Shown: piece after piece, positions 1-9,502 of the stretch
Layout: the number at the start of each line of letters is the position of its first letter
Numbering within the stretch: position 1 is the first letter of the stretch
Source of the DNA: an uncultured Methanosarcinales archaeon
GTDB taxonomy: Archaea; Nanobdellota; Nanobdellia; Woesearchaeales; CAYVYK01
NCBI GenBank assembly: GCA_964455675.1
Contig: CAYVYK010000003.1
Coordinates: 124,001 to 146,317 of the forward strand
Direction of reading: 5' to 3'
Length of the DNA: 22,317 nucleotides
Made by a program: the position numbers and the translations under genes
Notes under the pieces: model-generated
Databases searched by the model: none
Told to the model about the DNA's origin: nothing
What the model saw: only the letters and a program-made list of their open reading frames with translations

Positions 1-21
1 ACCGCCTGCTTCTTTCACGAC

Positions 22-933
22 ATGCAGCTTATCCCCCTCGTACCCGTGCACCTCAATGATCCTCATCTCCCTTTGAAAATCCAAGCCCTGAAACGAGCAG
101 TGAACGAGCTACGGATACCTCAGATCGGCCTTGAGCTGCAACTCCGCACGAAACGCGACGTGCAGACGATTGCCGAGAACAACTCGTTTCTCACAGGATT
201 GTCAGAAGAACTTACTAACCTTGGACTTCAACCTCACATTCGCATCCGTATCATCGACCGCAGTTTTGATTGTGCAACATGGGGTCCACTCCTCAAGAAA
301 ATCTCCAGGAACAATATCAAAGGCATCACCATTCCTCCCGATGCAGAGCTGTCGCTTCGTGATTACTGGACATACCGCAAAGGAATGCCATTCGACTATG
401 AGGACAAGGTGCAGCTCCTTAGAAAAATCTCGGCTCAGCTGCGCAAACTTTCCTCGCAGGTCAATCTCTCTGTAGAGAATCGCGCGCTACGATCGACAAA
501 ACAATTTACGTCGGTAGTTGGGCACTATCCTTATGAATTCCTCGATCACTTCATTCCAGCCGGATGCGGCGTTACCCTCAATACCTCAGCCATGGGGATA
601 CACATCGAAGCATGCAGAAAATTTGCCGGCGGATATCGCATTGAAGGCTACTTCTCCGAAGAGCTGCCCCAAGCGCACGAGGTTGCGGACAATGCAGGAG
701 GCGCGTTCATGGCTCTAGCTCCACATACAAAAAGCTTCATCCTCGGCGTCAACCGGGGGCTAGGAGGACAGGGACACAGCCCAGGAACGCCGGGAACACT
801 CTCCCTTGAAGAATACAAGTATTTTCTCCGAGCATACCTTGCAGCAGGAGAAGGCGAGGCGGGAGCGACACTCATCATACGAGAAGGTGTAACCACATAC
901 ACGATGCTCAAAACGTTGCGCGAATTCTATTAG
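22..933 (+). CDS. Hypothetical protein, possibly a degenerate xylose-isomerase-like (AP endonuclease 2 family) TIM barrel
   Basis: 303-aa ORF with alternating strand/helix pattern. LSVENR and GVTLNTSAMG resemble the family motifs lxlEN and lxlDtgH, with metal ligands substituted. No in-frame stop lies upstream within the window, so the start could be further 5'. Confidence 0.5.
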   Translation: MQLIPLVPVHLNDPHLPLKIQALKRAVNELRIPQIGLELQLRTKRDVQTIAENNSFLTGLSEELTNLGLQPHIRIRIIDRSFDCATWGPLLKKISRNNIKGITIPPDAELSLRDYWTYRKGMPFDYEDKVQLLRKISAQLRKLSSQVNLSVENRALRSTKQFTSVVGHYPYEFLDHFIPAGCGVTLNTSAMGIHIEACRKFAGGYRIEGYFSEELPQAHEVADNAGGAFMALAPHTKSFILGVNRGLGGQGHSPGTPGTLSLEEYKYFLRAYLAAGEGEAGATLIIREGVTTYTMLKTLREFY

Positions 934-939
934 ATCTAT

Positions 940-1938
940 TCATGCTGCGGCACGACGTGCGGGCCTTGACGCCGCCCTCGCTTGGGCATACTCCAACCTC
1001 TGATAGTCCTGTGAAAGCCGTACGCGGACATTGTCCACCTTTCGGATTGACGTCCTGTCAAGCTTTGAAATAAAAATCTCGGAATAGTCAACCATATCCT
1101 TGAGCTCTTTCCAGTGCGCATCAAAGTCGCCCTTCACCTCAGGAGCAAGACCTGCCTGCACGAGCGCAGTCAGCCTGAAACTCAGAGAATTCGAGCGGGT
1201 CGTGATGCGACGAATGAGTACGGTTGAATCAACGATCTCACGGTTTATAGCGGTAATCTCGCGATTCATATCATTCTCTAATTTACCGAGCAGACTTTGA
1301 ACCCTGTGAATCATTGACCTCACATTCTGAATCCCTTTCTTTGATCTTGGGATCATGTCAAGAATAGTATCTGCGATGTCATTTCCCACTCTTCTTGTGT
1401 CGCCAGCAGTCCAGCGCTCTCTACGAGCATTGGTCAAGATAAAATTCATCAGCTGACGGTCGGACCTTGGATCACTCTCCCTCAAGGTCTGATGGCCTGC
1501 GTACACATCATAGCCCATCTGGCGATGAAGGCGCAGAACGTTGAACATATTTGTCGCTTGATCACGAATCCTTGAGATCTCCGGCCAGAGCGCAAGGGCA
1601 ATCTCAGGATCAACACTGCGTGTCATTTCATCAAAAGATTCCGCGAGCCGCTCAAGGATTGCCACAAGATTCACTTCAAGCGCGAGCGCCTTCTTCTGAA
1701 TCTGTGTGAGAAGTGCGACGACATCGCCGGCACCCTCGACGTACTGCGTCACAAGACCTGCCAGGACATCAGGATCAACATTCTCAGGAGGGCCAGCAAC
1801 CATAGAGTTCATTACGGGATACGCCTCCAGATAGGCGATGAGCGAATCCTCGGCGGCTTTCGCGTTCTTCACACTACCACGGGCAGTCCAGACCCTAGGA
1901 ACGATTCCCCGGATCTTCGCGCGCGTCCACTCAAACAT
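940..1938 (-). CDS. Hypothetical all-alpha/coiled-coil protein
   Basis: 332-aa ORF whose ATG directly abuts the upstream TAG (TAGATG), with an SD-like GGGGTGGTG before it. Amphipathic helical composition, no TM segment, no recognised motif. Confidence 0.8.
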   Translation of the reverse strand: MFEWTRAKIRGIVPRVWTARGSVKNAKAAEDSLIAYLEAYPVMNSMVAGPPENVDPDVLAGLVTQYVEGAGDVVALLTQIQKKALALEVNLVAILERLAESFDEMTRSVDPEIALALWPEISRIRDQATNMFNVLRLHRQMGYDVYAGHQTLRESDPRSDRQLMNFILTNARRERWTAGDTRRVGNDIADTILDMIPRSKKGIQNVRSMIHRVQSLLGKLENDMNREITAINREIVDSTVLIRRITTRSNSLSFRLTALVQAGLAPEVKGDFDAHWKELKDMVDYSEIFISKLDRTSIRKVDNVRVRLSQDYQRLEYAQARAASRPARRAAA

Positions 1939-4900
1939 CTACACACCACCCCTTGCGCGCCCGAGAACTTCTTTCACCTGCGCCAGATGGGCGGCGAACG
2001 GCTCAAGGTACTCCCGCAAATGCGTCACACACGCACTCCTTGCTGGAGCAAGACTTGGAGACTTCCACTGCACGGCAGAAATCCTTCCTTCAACATTCAT
2101 CCATCGCACACCATGCTCTGGAATCAGGACCGATCCCAAACGGAACTGCAACTTCTGAAGATCCTCTCTTGTATCCTGCAATCTCACAAGGAACGCATGA
2201 TTCTGACGGAAAAGCTCCTCGATCGGACGAGGATCCTCGCGACCTCCATTCTGATTTGCCCGGAGAGCTTTGATATACGCGCTCAGGACCTTGTCCGCAT
2301 CACTCAATGCTTGGCGCAATTCCATAATCTGCAATTCCCTTAAGAGCACATCGGGCTTTCGCTGCATCAGTTTCTCAAATAGATCCTTCTTCTTTTGAAT
2401 AGTGGCATCATCCCACTGACGCATCGCGAGCACGGGCGCAGACACTCGCTCAATTCTTTCAAGTAATTCATCTGGAAGAGTTGGAGACACCTCTCCATAA
2501 GCCGTAACGTCACCAACTTCAAACTCAATAAAATTATGATCAAAGTAACTATGAGCATCCGTTTTTAGCACGTACAACTCCAGACGGTACATTCCTGGAT
2601 CTGCATGCAAGGGAACAGTGAACGTGAAGTTGATGTAGAACCTGCGATCCAATGAACGCTCAACAGGCTTATTGAGAGGGATATCAGTTGAACGGAACAC
2701 ACTGAATGGAATCCATGAACCTTCACGTCCAGACACCTCGCCCTTCCCTTCCCAATGCATCAGTGAGCCATCAGACCGCACGATCTGCGCGAGCACAAAT
2801 CCCCTTGGTTTGCCTTGCGCTTCCACCCTAAACGAGAGCGGATACGCGTGACTTGCTGAACCTCTCTGATATGGTATCCTGTACCGCGCACCAAGATTTG
2901 TGTCGTTTGGATGTTGATGGAATAATCCGCGCTGTCCCTTGTCAAGCCACGGGTTGATGAGAACCCACTGCTGTGAGGGATGATCAGTCACAATTATCTT
3001 CCGTCTCTTCTGCGCAATTTGTTGATCCCTGTGGAACACATTCACGATCACCCAATTCTCACCTGCTGCAAGTTCCTCAGCCTTTTTCATGAAGGCAATA
3101 TCCTCGCTCTCCGCATTCCATTGCGATTCATCCTGAACTCGGTCATGACCTGCTGTATACCACTTATATGAGAGGAATTTGTCCGGCGGATATATCTGAA
3201 TCTTCAAGACTTCGCTGCTCCCTGTCCGATACTCGTCCTCGCCAACCTCACCGTTGATACTGATCCGTGCATTATCAGCCTCGCTTGCGCGAGACTCTTT
3301 CATTATCGGCCGTATCTTCTGCGCAATGGGACGATTATTCTGATAAACTTCCATTACGATATACATTCTTCCGTCAGGAATTTCACGGCCTGGCAATCCA
3401 AACGAAAGCTCCCTACTCTGCTCTTCCCAGGTGCTACGTCTACGCGCTTGTTCAGGAGCAATCAGGTACCAAATACAGCGGACCGGAGCATTCGGAGGAT
3501 ACAGCTGCACGCGCATTTCCTCCATTGGTTTGAGCGAATACTCATCACTACCCACATCACCATTAATACTAATCGCAAGGTTGTCCTTCCCACGAGACTT
3601 GACCAGAATCGGGCGCTCAATGTGCGCTATCTGCTGATCCCTTTGGAATGCATCAACTATCACAAACGTTCTTCCGGCCTCTAAGGTGTTTGTTGCCTTC
3701 GCGAACTTAATGTCAAAGCTCTCAACCTTCCAGGAATTCTGATCGGACTTGCTGTGTTCAGGGACCGTATACCACTTGTACGAGAGATACTTGTCCGGCG
3801 GATAGATCTGGATGTTTAACTCCCTCTCATTTCCCACGACAAACTCATCAGCGCTCACGTCACCGTTGATGCTGATGCCAGCATTCGCTTGATTTTCCAC
3901 TTCTTTTCGGACCAATCTCGATTTTCGTGTCAGGAGAGTGCCGTGATGATAGACTTCTACGACAACAGCATTCTCACCGCTCGGCCAGCGGGGCACATCG
4001 ATCGTGAACTCCGGATCATTACTTACAGAATCTCCAAGGTTCTCGTCGGCGATGCGATCAGGAGGAACAATGAACCAGCGGCACGATACGTTTCTCCCTC
4101 TTGGCGGATATAGCTGAACCCTGAGCTCTTCCTCATTACTAATCCGGAATTCATCCTCACTCACGTCACCATTAATACTGATCTGAATAGCTGGCGGCCC
4201 TCGCTCTCTCCGCACTGCACGCATTACTCTTGCGATGCGAGTGTTCAATTGGAACACATCAACAATAACATAATTTCTTCCCTCAGGCCAGTCTGCCACT
4301 TTCATCTCGAAGAGCTGATCATTACTCACATTATTACTAGGACTCTCATCATTCATATTCTCTGGAGGGACAATATACCACCTGCACGAATACGGCCCTC
4401 TAGGCGGATAGAGCTGAACGCGAAGATCGCGCTCACTACCGATGACATACTCATCATCACTAACATCACCATTCACACTGATCTGCAACGCCGGCCCCGC
4501 AGTACGGAATAGGATGGAACACGGATCGGGGCGCACCAATCTCTCGCCAATTCTTGCCCGGAAATAGAACCAGAGCCTGCAGTTTCTCGTCATACGCATT
4601 CTTCGGGCTAATGCTTGCGTATCACGGCCGGAGAGAGCGTACAACAATTCCCCAGCAGTACCTCGATCCGATTGCGCGACCCTGCGTACGCTCAATGCAA
4701 TCCGGACTGGACGTCCGCCCTCGAGAAACACAAATGCTGCATCATCGAGGATCAACTGATTCGTGTTGATTGGTATTAGATAAAATCGTAACGATTCCCC
4801 AGGACGAGAATTGTCAGTTTCGTCTCCTGCATCATTAACTGCCTGTATTCTAAACGAAGGCTCACCAGGACGCGGGGGTTCACCTGGAGTATTCTCTACT

Positions 4901-5739
4901 GGAGGCTCTCCCGGAACTTCTGGAGGCCTATCAGCATCATCTCCGCCGATTTCCCTGCGTGGCCTTCTCCACCAATCACGCAACCTTCGCCACCATGGTT
5001 CTCGAGCAGGCCTTTCCGGTTCATCAACCTCTTCCCGGTCGCGGTTAAGCCAATTCCTGAACCTATTCCAAAGACCTCTCCCTCTGTTGCCCTGCGTTCC
5101 TCCCCTCGATAGACCAGACATTGCCAGGGCGAGAAGTGCCGCAAGAAGGAGCGCAAGCGCAAGGTATTTCCACCAGTCACCAATGCCGCCAGCTTCACTC
5201 GTGAGCCAGGCAAGGTACCCAAGGAGCGCAAGAGCCGCAGCTCCAAGCGCAATCCAAAGCCACTTGCCACCAAACTGATCCTTAAACGGGAAGTACAGGA
5301 GACTAAACAAAGTCGCCGCCGTCAGGAGTGCGCCCCAAAGACCTAGCGGCACAAGAACGGATTTGATAGCGGTTTCGACGCCGCGGAAACTGACGAGGTA
5401 AAAAATACCGTAAGCGCTCATGAGACCAAGCACGACAGCAAGAGCTTTGCCTGGCTTTGTTAGTCTGCCTCCAGAGAATCTTCCCTGCGTTTGACTTCCA
5501 ATCCCTTGACCCTCACGGAACGCAGGAATAAATCGAAGCGTCGCGGCGTAAATCGCTGTGAACGCCGCAAACGTTCCGATAAGGAGGGTGGAGACCATGA
5601 ATGTCGTACTTTGCGTTGAAGCAACAAGCATATTACCTGCAGTCGAGAAAATACCTGGAACCGTGAGCGCGTACGCACTCCTTGCCATGGCAGCGCCAAG
5701 CGCCGCCATCATGATCAACTTACGAGCGGCGCTTGCCAT
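1939..5739 (-). CDS. Large multi-pass membrane protein with tandem beta-rich (Ig-like) repeats and C-terminal coiled coil
   Basis: 1266 aa with SD AAGGAG before the ATG. Signal-like N-terminus and about 5 hydrophobic segments within residues ~1-210, an Arg/Trp/Pro-rich linker, five ISING(D/E)V...Q(L/I)YPP...W(Y/F) repeats, and a helical C-terminus. Confidence 0.85.
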   Translation of the reverse strand: MASAARKLIMMAALGAAMARSAYALTVPGIFSTAGNMLVASTQSTTFMVSTLLIGTFAAFTAIYAATLRFIPAFREGQGIGSQTQGRFSGGRLTKPGKALAVVLGLMSAYGIFYLVSFRGVETAIKSVLVPLGLWGALLTAATLFSLLYFPFKDQFGGKWLWIALGAAALALLGYLAWLTSEAGGIGDWWKYLALALLLAALLALAMSGLSRGGTQGNRGRGLWNRFRNWLNRDREEVDEPERPAREPWWRRLRDWWRRPRREIGGDDADRPPEVPGEPPVENTPGEPPRPGEPSFRIQAVNDAGDETDNSRPGESLRFYLIPINTNQLILDDAAFVFLEGGRPVRIALSVRRVAQSDRGTAGELLYALSGRDTQALARRMRMTRNCRLWFYFRARIGERLVRPDPCSILFRTAGPALQISVNGDVSDDEYVIGSERDLRVQLYPPRGPYSCRWYIVPPENMNDESPSNNVSNDQLFEMKVADWPEGRNYVIVDVFQLNTRIARVMRAVRRERGPPAIQISINGDVSEDEFRISNEEELRVQLYPPRGRNVSCRWFIVPPDRIADENLGDSVSNDPEFTIDVPRWPSGENAVVVEVYHHGTLLTRKSRLVRKEVENQANAGISINGDVSADEFVVGNERELNIQIYPPDKYLSYKWYTVPEHSKSDQNSWKVESFDIKFAKATNTLEAGRTFVIVDAFQRDQQIAHIERPILVKSRGKDNLAISINGDVGSDEYSLKPMEEMRVQLYPPNAPVRCIWYLIAPEQARRRSTWEEQSRELSFGLPGREIPDGRMYIVMEVYQNNRPIAQKIRPIMKESRASEADNARISINGEVGEDEYRTGSSEVLKIQIYPPDKFLSYKWYTAGHDRVQDESQWNAESEDIAFMKKAEELAAGENWVIVNVFHRDQQIAQKRRKIIVTDHPSQQWVLINPWLDKGQRGLFHQHPNDTNLGARYRIPYQRGSASHAYPLSFRVEAQGKPRGFVLAQIVRSDGSLMHWEGKGEVSGREGSWIPFSVFRSTDIPLNKPVERSLDRRFYINFTFTVPLHADPGMYRLELYVLKTDAHSYFDHNFIEFEVGDVTAYGEVSPTLPDELLERIERVSAPVLAMRQWDDATIQKKKDLFEKLMQRKPDVLLRELQIMELRQALSDADKVLSAYIKALRANQNGGREDPRPIEELFRQNHAFLVRLQDTREDLQKLQFRLGSVLIPEHGVRWMNVEGRISAVQWKSPSLAPARSACVTHLREYLEPFAAHLAQVKEVLGRARGGV
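2985..4490 (-). repeat. Five tandem ~100-aa intragenic repeats (~300-309 bp period)
   Basis: Units begin near 4488 (LQISVNGDV), 4188 (IQISINGDV), 3879 (GISINGDV), 3576 (AISINGDV) and 3267 (RISINGEV). Each contains DE(Y/F), Q(L/I)YPP, W(Y/F) and a V(I/V)V(D/E/N)V(F/Y)-like strand. Confidence 0.9.
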
Positions 5740-5920
5740 TTTTTATCTCCTTGAAACGCGCGAGTTCTTCCTGGCGCTGGAATACAAAGTCCCGCATAAA
5801 ATTCTCGACTTGCTTGCCACGAACGAGACCAAGATCGTCACAGAGCAGCGAGAAATCATCATATACCGACTTATCAATCAAGAAATTGTATCTCTCTTTA
5901 CCTGATGACTTGCGCGCCAT
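5720..5920 (-). CDS. Ribbon-helix-helix (CopG/Arc/MetJ-like) DNA-binding protein
   Basis: 66 aa: basic N-terminus, beta ribbon RYNFLID, helix KSVYDDFSLLCDDLG, then helix RGKQVENFMRDFV. Overlaps the next start by 20 bp. Confidence 0.7.
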   Translation of the reverse strand: MARKSSGKERYNFLIDKSVYDDFSLLCDDLGLVRGKQVENFMRDFVFQRQEELARFKEIKNGKRRS

Positions 5921-5940
5921 GTTCCGTTAAGAACCACGGC

Positions 5941-6057
5941 AGTGTGTATTTATTAATATTATTGTTGTAAAAAGATACAATTATACACACTTTCTCTGCC
6001 TTCTTCACAAATTAAGGTGTGTATAAGTATATAATAAGATTGTAAACGTGTGTATAA
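5941..6057. promoter_or_regulatory. TATA box and four GTGTGTAT(AA) operator-like boxes upstream of the RHH operon
   Basis: GTGTGTATTT at 5942-5951, TTATACACAC (inverted) at 5981-5990, and GTGTGTATAA at 6017-6026 and 6048-6057. Minus-strand TTAATAAA at 5956-5949 lies about 30 bp before the ATG at 5920. Confidence 0.7.
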
Positions 6058-6148
6058 ACCTGGAGTATTGCACCAGTTATTACCATTCCTATCCTTGCTT
6101 TTATTACCATTAATACTATAGAATATAGAATGACTCTTGGCCGGCGTG

Positions 6149-6523
6149 TCAGAACATGAATGCTCCAAGAAGCAAGAGCGAACCCACTATGAAGAAAACC
6201 ACATTCAACAATGTACTTTCAAAATATCCAAGGACCGAAGAGAACTGGTTGAGGATTTTTAGCGCGGAAGCAAGTCCGACAACACAACCAATACCAATGC
6301 TTGCATACCCAATACCTGGATTAATGAGAATCTCCATAAATCCGTTGATCGCAAGATAGAATGATGCGATAGCAAGGATGATCAGGAGGACCATCTCGAT
6401 CTCAGGACCTTTTGGAACCTCCCACGTAATCATACCAATATCCTGCGCGATGGGGATGGCACCAAGAGCAATGATGACAATACCAACAATCAGGCTTGCC
6501 CAGCTCTTACCTCCTTCCCACAT
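6149..6523 (-). CDS. Small 4-TM membrane protein of unknown function
   Basis: 124 aa with four hydrophobic segments and SD GGAGG. Begins 11 bp after the oxidoreductase beta stop, so probably co-transcribed. Confidence 0.8.
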   Translation of the reverse strand: MWEGGKSWASLIVGIVIIALGAIPIAQDIGMITWEVPKGPEIEMVLLIILAIASFYLAINGFMEILINPGIGYASIGIGCVVGLASALKILNQFSSVLGYFESTLLNVVFFIVGSLLLLGAFMF

Positions 6524-6534
6524 TTCAATCCCTC

Positions 6535-7386
6535 CTATACGTGCTCTTCGAGCAATGGTGTTATATCAATCTTACCGAGATCGTGCTTTGGCAACGGAAG
6601 CTTTAGTTGCGGAAGCTGTTCCTCATACAGCACTCGGTTCTCACGATAGAAGATTCCCGTCGGGATGCGGTCACCCCATTCCTGGGCTTTCTCCCACGCG
6701 AGCTTTCGGTTTGCAACATCATGATTCTCATCCTGCAACTTGTACACACGCTTCTGGAAATATTGGAACGTGTTCACGTTATTCCATGTCACGCATGGCT
6801 GGAGCACATCGACCAGAGCAAAACCCTTATGCTGAATCGCTTGCTCAATAAGCCATGTGAGATGCTTGACGTCACCTGCAAAACCTCGCGCAACAAACGT
6901 CGCGCCTTGCGTTATTGCGAGCGCGAGCGGGTTAACCGGTTCTTCAAGAGCCCCAAATGGCGAGGATGTGGATTTATACCCTTTTTCACTCGTCGGAGAA
7001 TACTGCCCCTTCGTGAGTCCATACACTTGATTATTATGCACGATGTACGCAATGTCATTATTCCTGCGCATGGCGTGCATGAAGTGCCCCATGCCAATAC
7101 CGTACCCATCGCCATCACCACCCGAACCTATCACCGTGAGTTCGGGATTCACGAGCTTAATGGATTCTGCGACAGGAAGCAAGCGCCCATGCAACGTTTC
7201 AAATCCGTATGTGCGCATGTAATGCGGCATCTTTCCGGAACACCCGATCCCCGAAACAAGACAAAGTTTATTGAGGTCAAGGTTCAGATTCACGATCGCG
7301 TTCTTGATCGCCATGAGGAGACCAAAGTTTCCACAGCCTGGACACCACTGCACCCTCTGCGGAGTTGTAAGGTCTTGCGCGTCCAT
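6535..7386 (-). CDS. korB: 2-oxoacid:ferredoxin oxidoreductase beta subunit (TPP-binding)
   Basis: WCPGCG, SGIGCS, LHGR, the GDGD...NN TPP motif, YGLTKGQ and LQPCVT. Substrate specificity cannot be determined. Confidence 0.95.
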   Translation of the reverse strand: MDAQDLTTPQRVQWCPGCGNFGLLMAIKNAIVNLNLDLNKLCLVSGIGCSGKMPHYMRTYGFETLHGRLLPVAESIKLVNPELTVIGSGGDGDGYGIGMGHFMHAMRRNNDIAYIVHNNQVYGLTKGQYSPTSEKGYKSTSSPFGALEEPVNPLALAITQGATFVARGFAGDVKHLTWLIEQAIQHKGFALVDVLQPCVTWNNVNTFQYFQKRVYKLQDENHDVANRKLAWEKAQEWGDRIPTGIFYRENRVLYEEQLPQLKLPLPKHDLGKIDITPLLEEHV

Positions 7387-9122
7387 CAGACCACCCCCCG
7401 TATGCGGTCAATCACGTCCTCAATCGCGAGGGCCTTACCTGTATACAACAACATCTGATCCTTGATGTCAATTCCCGTTTTCATCCGTATAACCTGGCCC
7501 GCCTGAGCGGTAGCATTATTCTCGATGAGCAATACCTTCTTCGCTGACTTGAGAATTCTCTCAACTGAAGATACCGGGAAAGGCGAGAAATACTTAATCT
7601 GCAAGAAATTCACTTTCTTTCCTTCCTTTGCGAGAATCTTCATCGCATCAAGGATCGCACCCTTTGTGCTGCCCCAACTGACGACTGTCAGATCAGCCTT
7701 CTCAGACCCATGCAGTGTATAACCCTTTGATTCAAGCTCTCGCTCGGCAAGCTGCAACTTCCTTGCGCGCTTATCAACCTGACGGATGCGCAAGCCAACA
7801 TCCTCAGTCGTATAACCATACTCATCATGCTCATAGGATGTTCCCTTGTTAATGCAATTTGGCTGACCTGGAATTGCGCGCGGGGAAATCCCATTGTCCG
7901 TTATCTGATATCGCTTGAAATCACGCTGCCTTGCAGCCTCATCGTCAGAAAGAAGCATTCCGCGGTCAATCTTCAGTTTTGATGTATCAAACCAGTCAAC
8001 ACAGAACGTTCCTTCACCAAGATGCTTATCCGTCAGCACGATCACCGGTGTCTGATATCTTTCTGCATAATTGAAAGCGTTAAACGTCTCGAAAAATGCC
8101 TCCTCTGCATCGCCAAAAGCAATCACAATCCTTGGGAACTCACCATGGCCTGCGTGCAGAACGAAGAGCAGCTCTCCTGCTTCAGTCATCGTCGGAAGTC
8201 CCGTACTTGGGCCGCTCCTCATCGCAAGGAGACAGACAAGGGGGACCTCGCTTAATCCTGCCATACTGAGCGCTTCCGTCATGAGGCAGAAACCGCCACC
8301 CGATGTCCCTGTCATCGACCTCGCGCCCGTGTATGCACCACCAATAATCATGTTCATTGCGGCAATCTCATCTTCGGACTGCTTGACAACCATGTCGTAC
8401 TCTCGCTCATGCGCAGCGAAAATACTAAGCAATGAGGATGCTGGCGTCATCGGATATGCAGCGTAAAACTTCAGACCTGCCTTGATAGCGCCGTAACTGG
8501 CGGCCTCATTACCTGAGATAATAAGTTTCCTTCCGGAAGATCTCGAAAACGTAAGCTGATATTCATAACCTCCAGCATACTGAGATTTTGCGACGTCATA
8601 ACCCCTACGCGCAGCCTCCACATTCATCGCAATCACATCACTACCTTTCTTCTTGTAATAATCACGCAAGAGATTATCAAGGACACTGAAATCAAGCTTC
8701 AGAAGGCCAACAACGGCTCCAAGAGAAACGGAGTTAATAATAAACTTAGGCCCCTTGAGGTCCCTCGCGATCTGATTCATTGGAACTTGAAACAATTGCA
8801 CGCCATCTGCATGCGCGTCCGGAACATCTTCCTTGTCATAAATGATCGCGCCGCCATCCATGAGTTCGCCCTTATGAAGATCGAACGTCTCCTTATTCAA
8901 CGCGATCACGCAATCAACCCGCTTCAGCGTCATGTGAACAGGCTGGTCCTCAACGCGGATGGTTTGATAGTTGTGACCTCCACGGATAAGGCTTGGATAA
9001 TCAGCAACAGCAACAGGATATAATCCCAGACGAGCGCAGAGTTTTGAGAACAATAATCCAGTCGTCATGATGCCAAAACCTGCTTCTCCGCCGACTAGTA
9101 CAGAGAACTGATTCGTCTTCAT
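7386..9122 (-). CDS. korA: 2-oxoacid:ferredoxin oxidoreductase alpha subunit (fused gamma-alpha)
   Basis: GGEAGFGI, DYPSLIRGGHN, SGNEA, YPMTPAS, EDEIAA, TSGGGF and RSGPSTGLPT. Start reassigned to the ATG at 9122 (MKTNQF), preceded by SD GAGGTG, which avoids overlap with ferredoxin. Confidence 0.95.
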   Translation of the reverse strand: MKTNQFSVLVGGEAGFGIMTTGLLFSKLCARLGLYPVAVADYPSLIRGGHNYQTIRVEDQPVHMTLKRVDCVIALNKETFDLHKGELMDGGAIIYDKEDVPDAHADGVQLFQVPMNQIARDLKGPKFIINSVSLGAVVGLLKLDFSVLDNLLRDYYKKKGSDVIAMNVEAARRGYDVAKSQYAGGYEYQLTFSRSSGRKLIISGNEAASYGAIKAGLKFYAAYPMTPASSLLSIFAAHEREYDMVVKQSEDEIAAMNMIIGGAYTGARSMTGTSGGGFCLMTEALSMAGLSEVPLVCLLAMRSGPSTGLPTMTEAGELLFVLHAGHGEFPRIVIAFGDAEEAFFETFNAFNYAERYQTPVIVLTDKHLGEGTFCVDWFDTSKLKIDRGMLLSDDEAARQRDFKRYQITDNGISPRAIPGQPNCINKGTSYEHDEYGYTTEDVGLRIRQVDKRARKLQLAERELESKGYTLHGSEKADLTVVSWGSTKGAILDAMKILAKEGKKVNFLQIKYFSPFPVSSVERILKSAKKVLLIENNATAQAGQVIRMKTGIDIKDQMLLYTGKALAIEDVIDRIRGVV

Positions 9123-9135
9123 ACTACACCTCTTT

Positions 9136-9354
9136 TTAGATAATCTTCTGATCCTTGTCATCATAGATATGGATGACATTCACGGGGCACGAGTCCGCGG
9201 CAGCCTTATTCGGAGCGTACTCCTCATCGGAGAGCTCCGTCTTCTTCGGCCTTGACTTGCCATCCTTCATCTCCCAGTTCGCAGGACACAAGTTCGCGCA
9301 GGCACCGCAGCCAATACAATTCTTCTCATCGTGAACAATCTTGAACTTTGCCAT
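9136..9354 (-). CDS. Single-cluster [4Fe-4S] ferredoxin
   Basis: CIGCGACANLCP...SCPVNVI. Likely start MAKFK at 9354. Minus-strand TTTAAATA at 9391-9384. Confidence 0.92.
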   Translation of the reverse strand: MAKFKIVHDEKNCIGCGACANLCPANWEMKDGKSRPKKTELSDEEYAPNKAAADSCPVNVIHIYDDKDQKII

Positions 9355-9383
9355 GTTTCCCCCGACTACCCCTCTCACCAAGT

Positions 9384-9497
9384 TATTTAAATGTTTGCAT
9401 GACTCGCATATTCAAGCAAGAACACTTTGATCTAAAAAAACAAAGCTTAAATACATCAATATCGAATTTTGCATGATGACTTTGTGCACTGGAGGTG
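9384..9497. promoter_or_regulatory. Divergent archaeal promoters (ferredoxin/kor operon and surface protein)
   Basis: Minus-strand TTTAAATA at 9391-9384, plus-strand CTTAAATA at 9446-9453, and SD GGAGGTG at 9491-9497. Confidence 0.6.
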
Positions 9498-9502
9498 CTT
9501 AG

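Noticed and set aside
5959..6168. 69-aa ORF or replication origin in the AT-rich intergenic region
   Set aside because: The ORF is low-complexity and lies over the promoter boxes. No ORB-like G-string motif or adjacent cdc6/orc1 gene supports an origin.
6607..7458. 283-aa plus-strand ORF antisense to korB
   Set aside because: Shadow ORF of a highly conserved gene, with no motifs or translation signals.
9123..9381. ORF-track N-terminal extensions of korA (9179) and ferredoxin (9381)
   Set aside because: Downstream ATGs have better SD/TATA spacing and avoid overlaps. The same applies to the track starts at 14586, 16587, 17285, 18920 and 19702.
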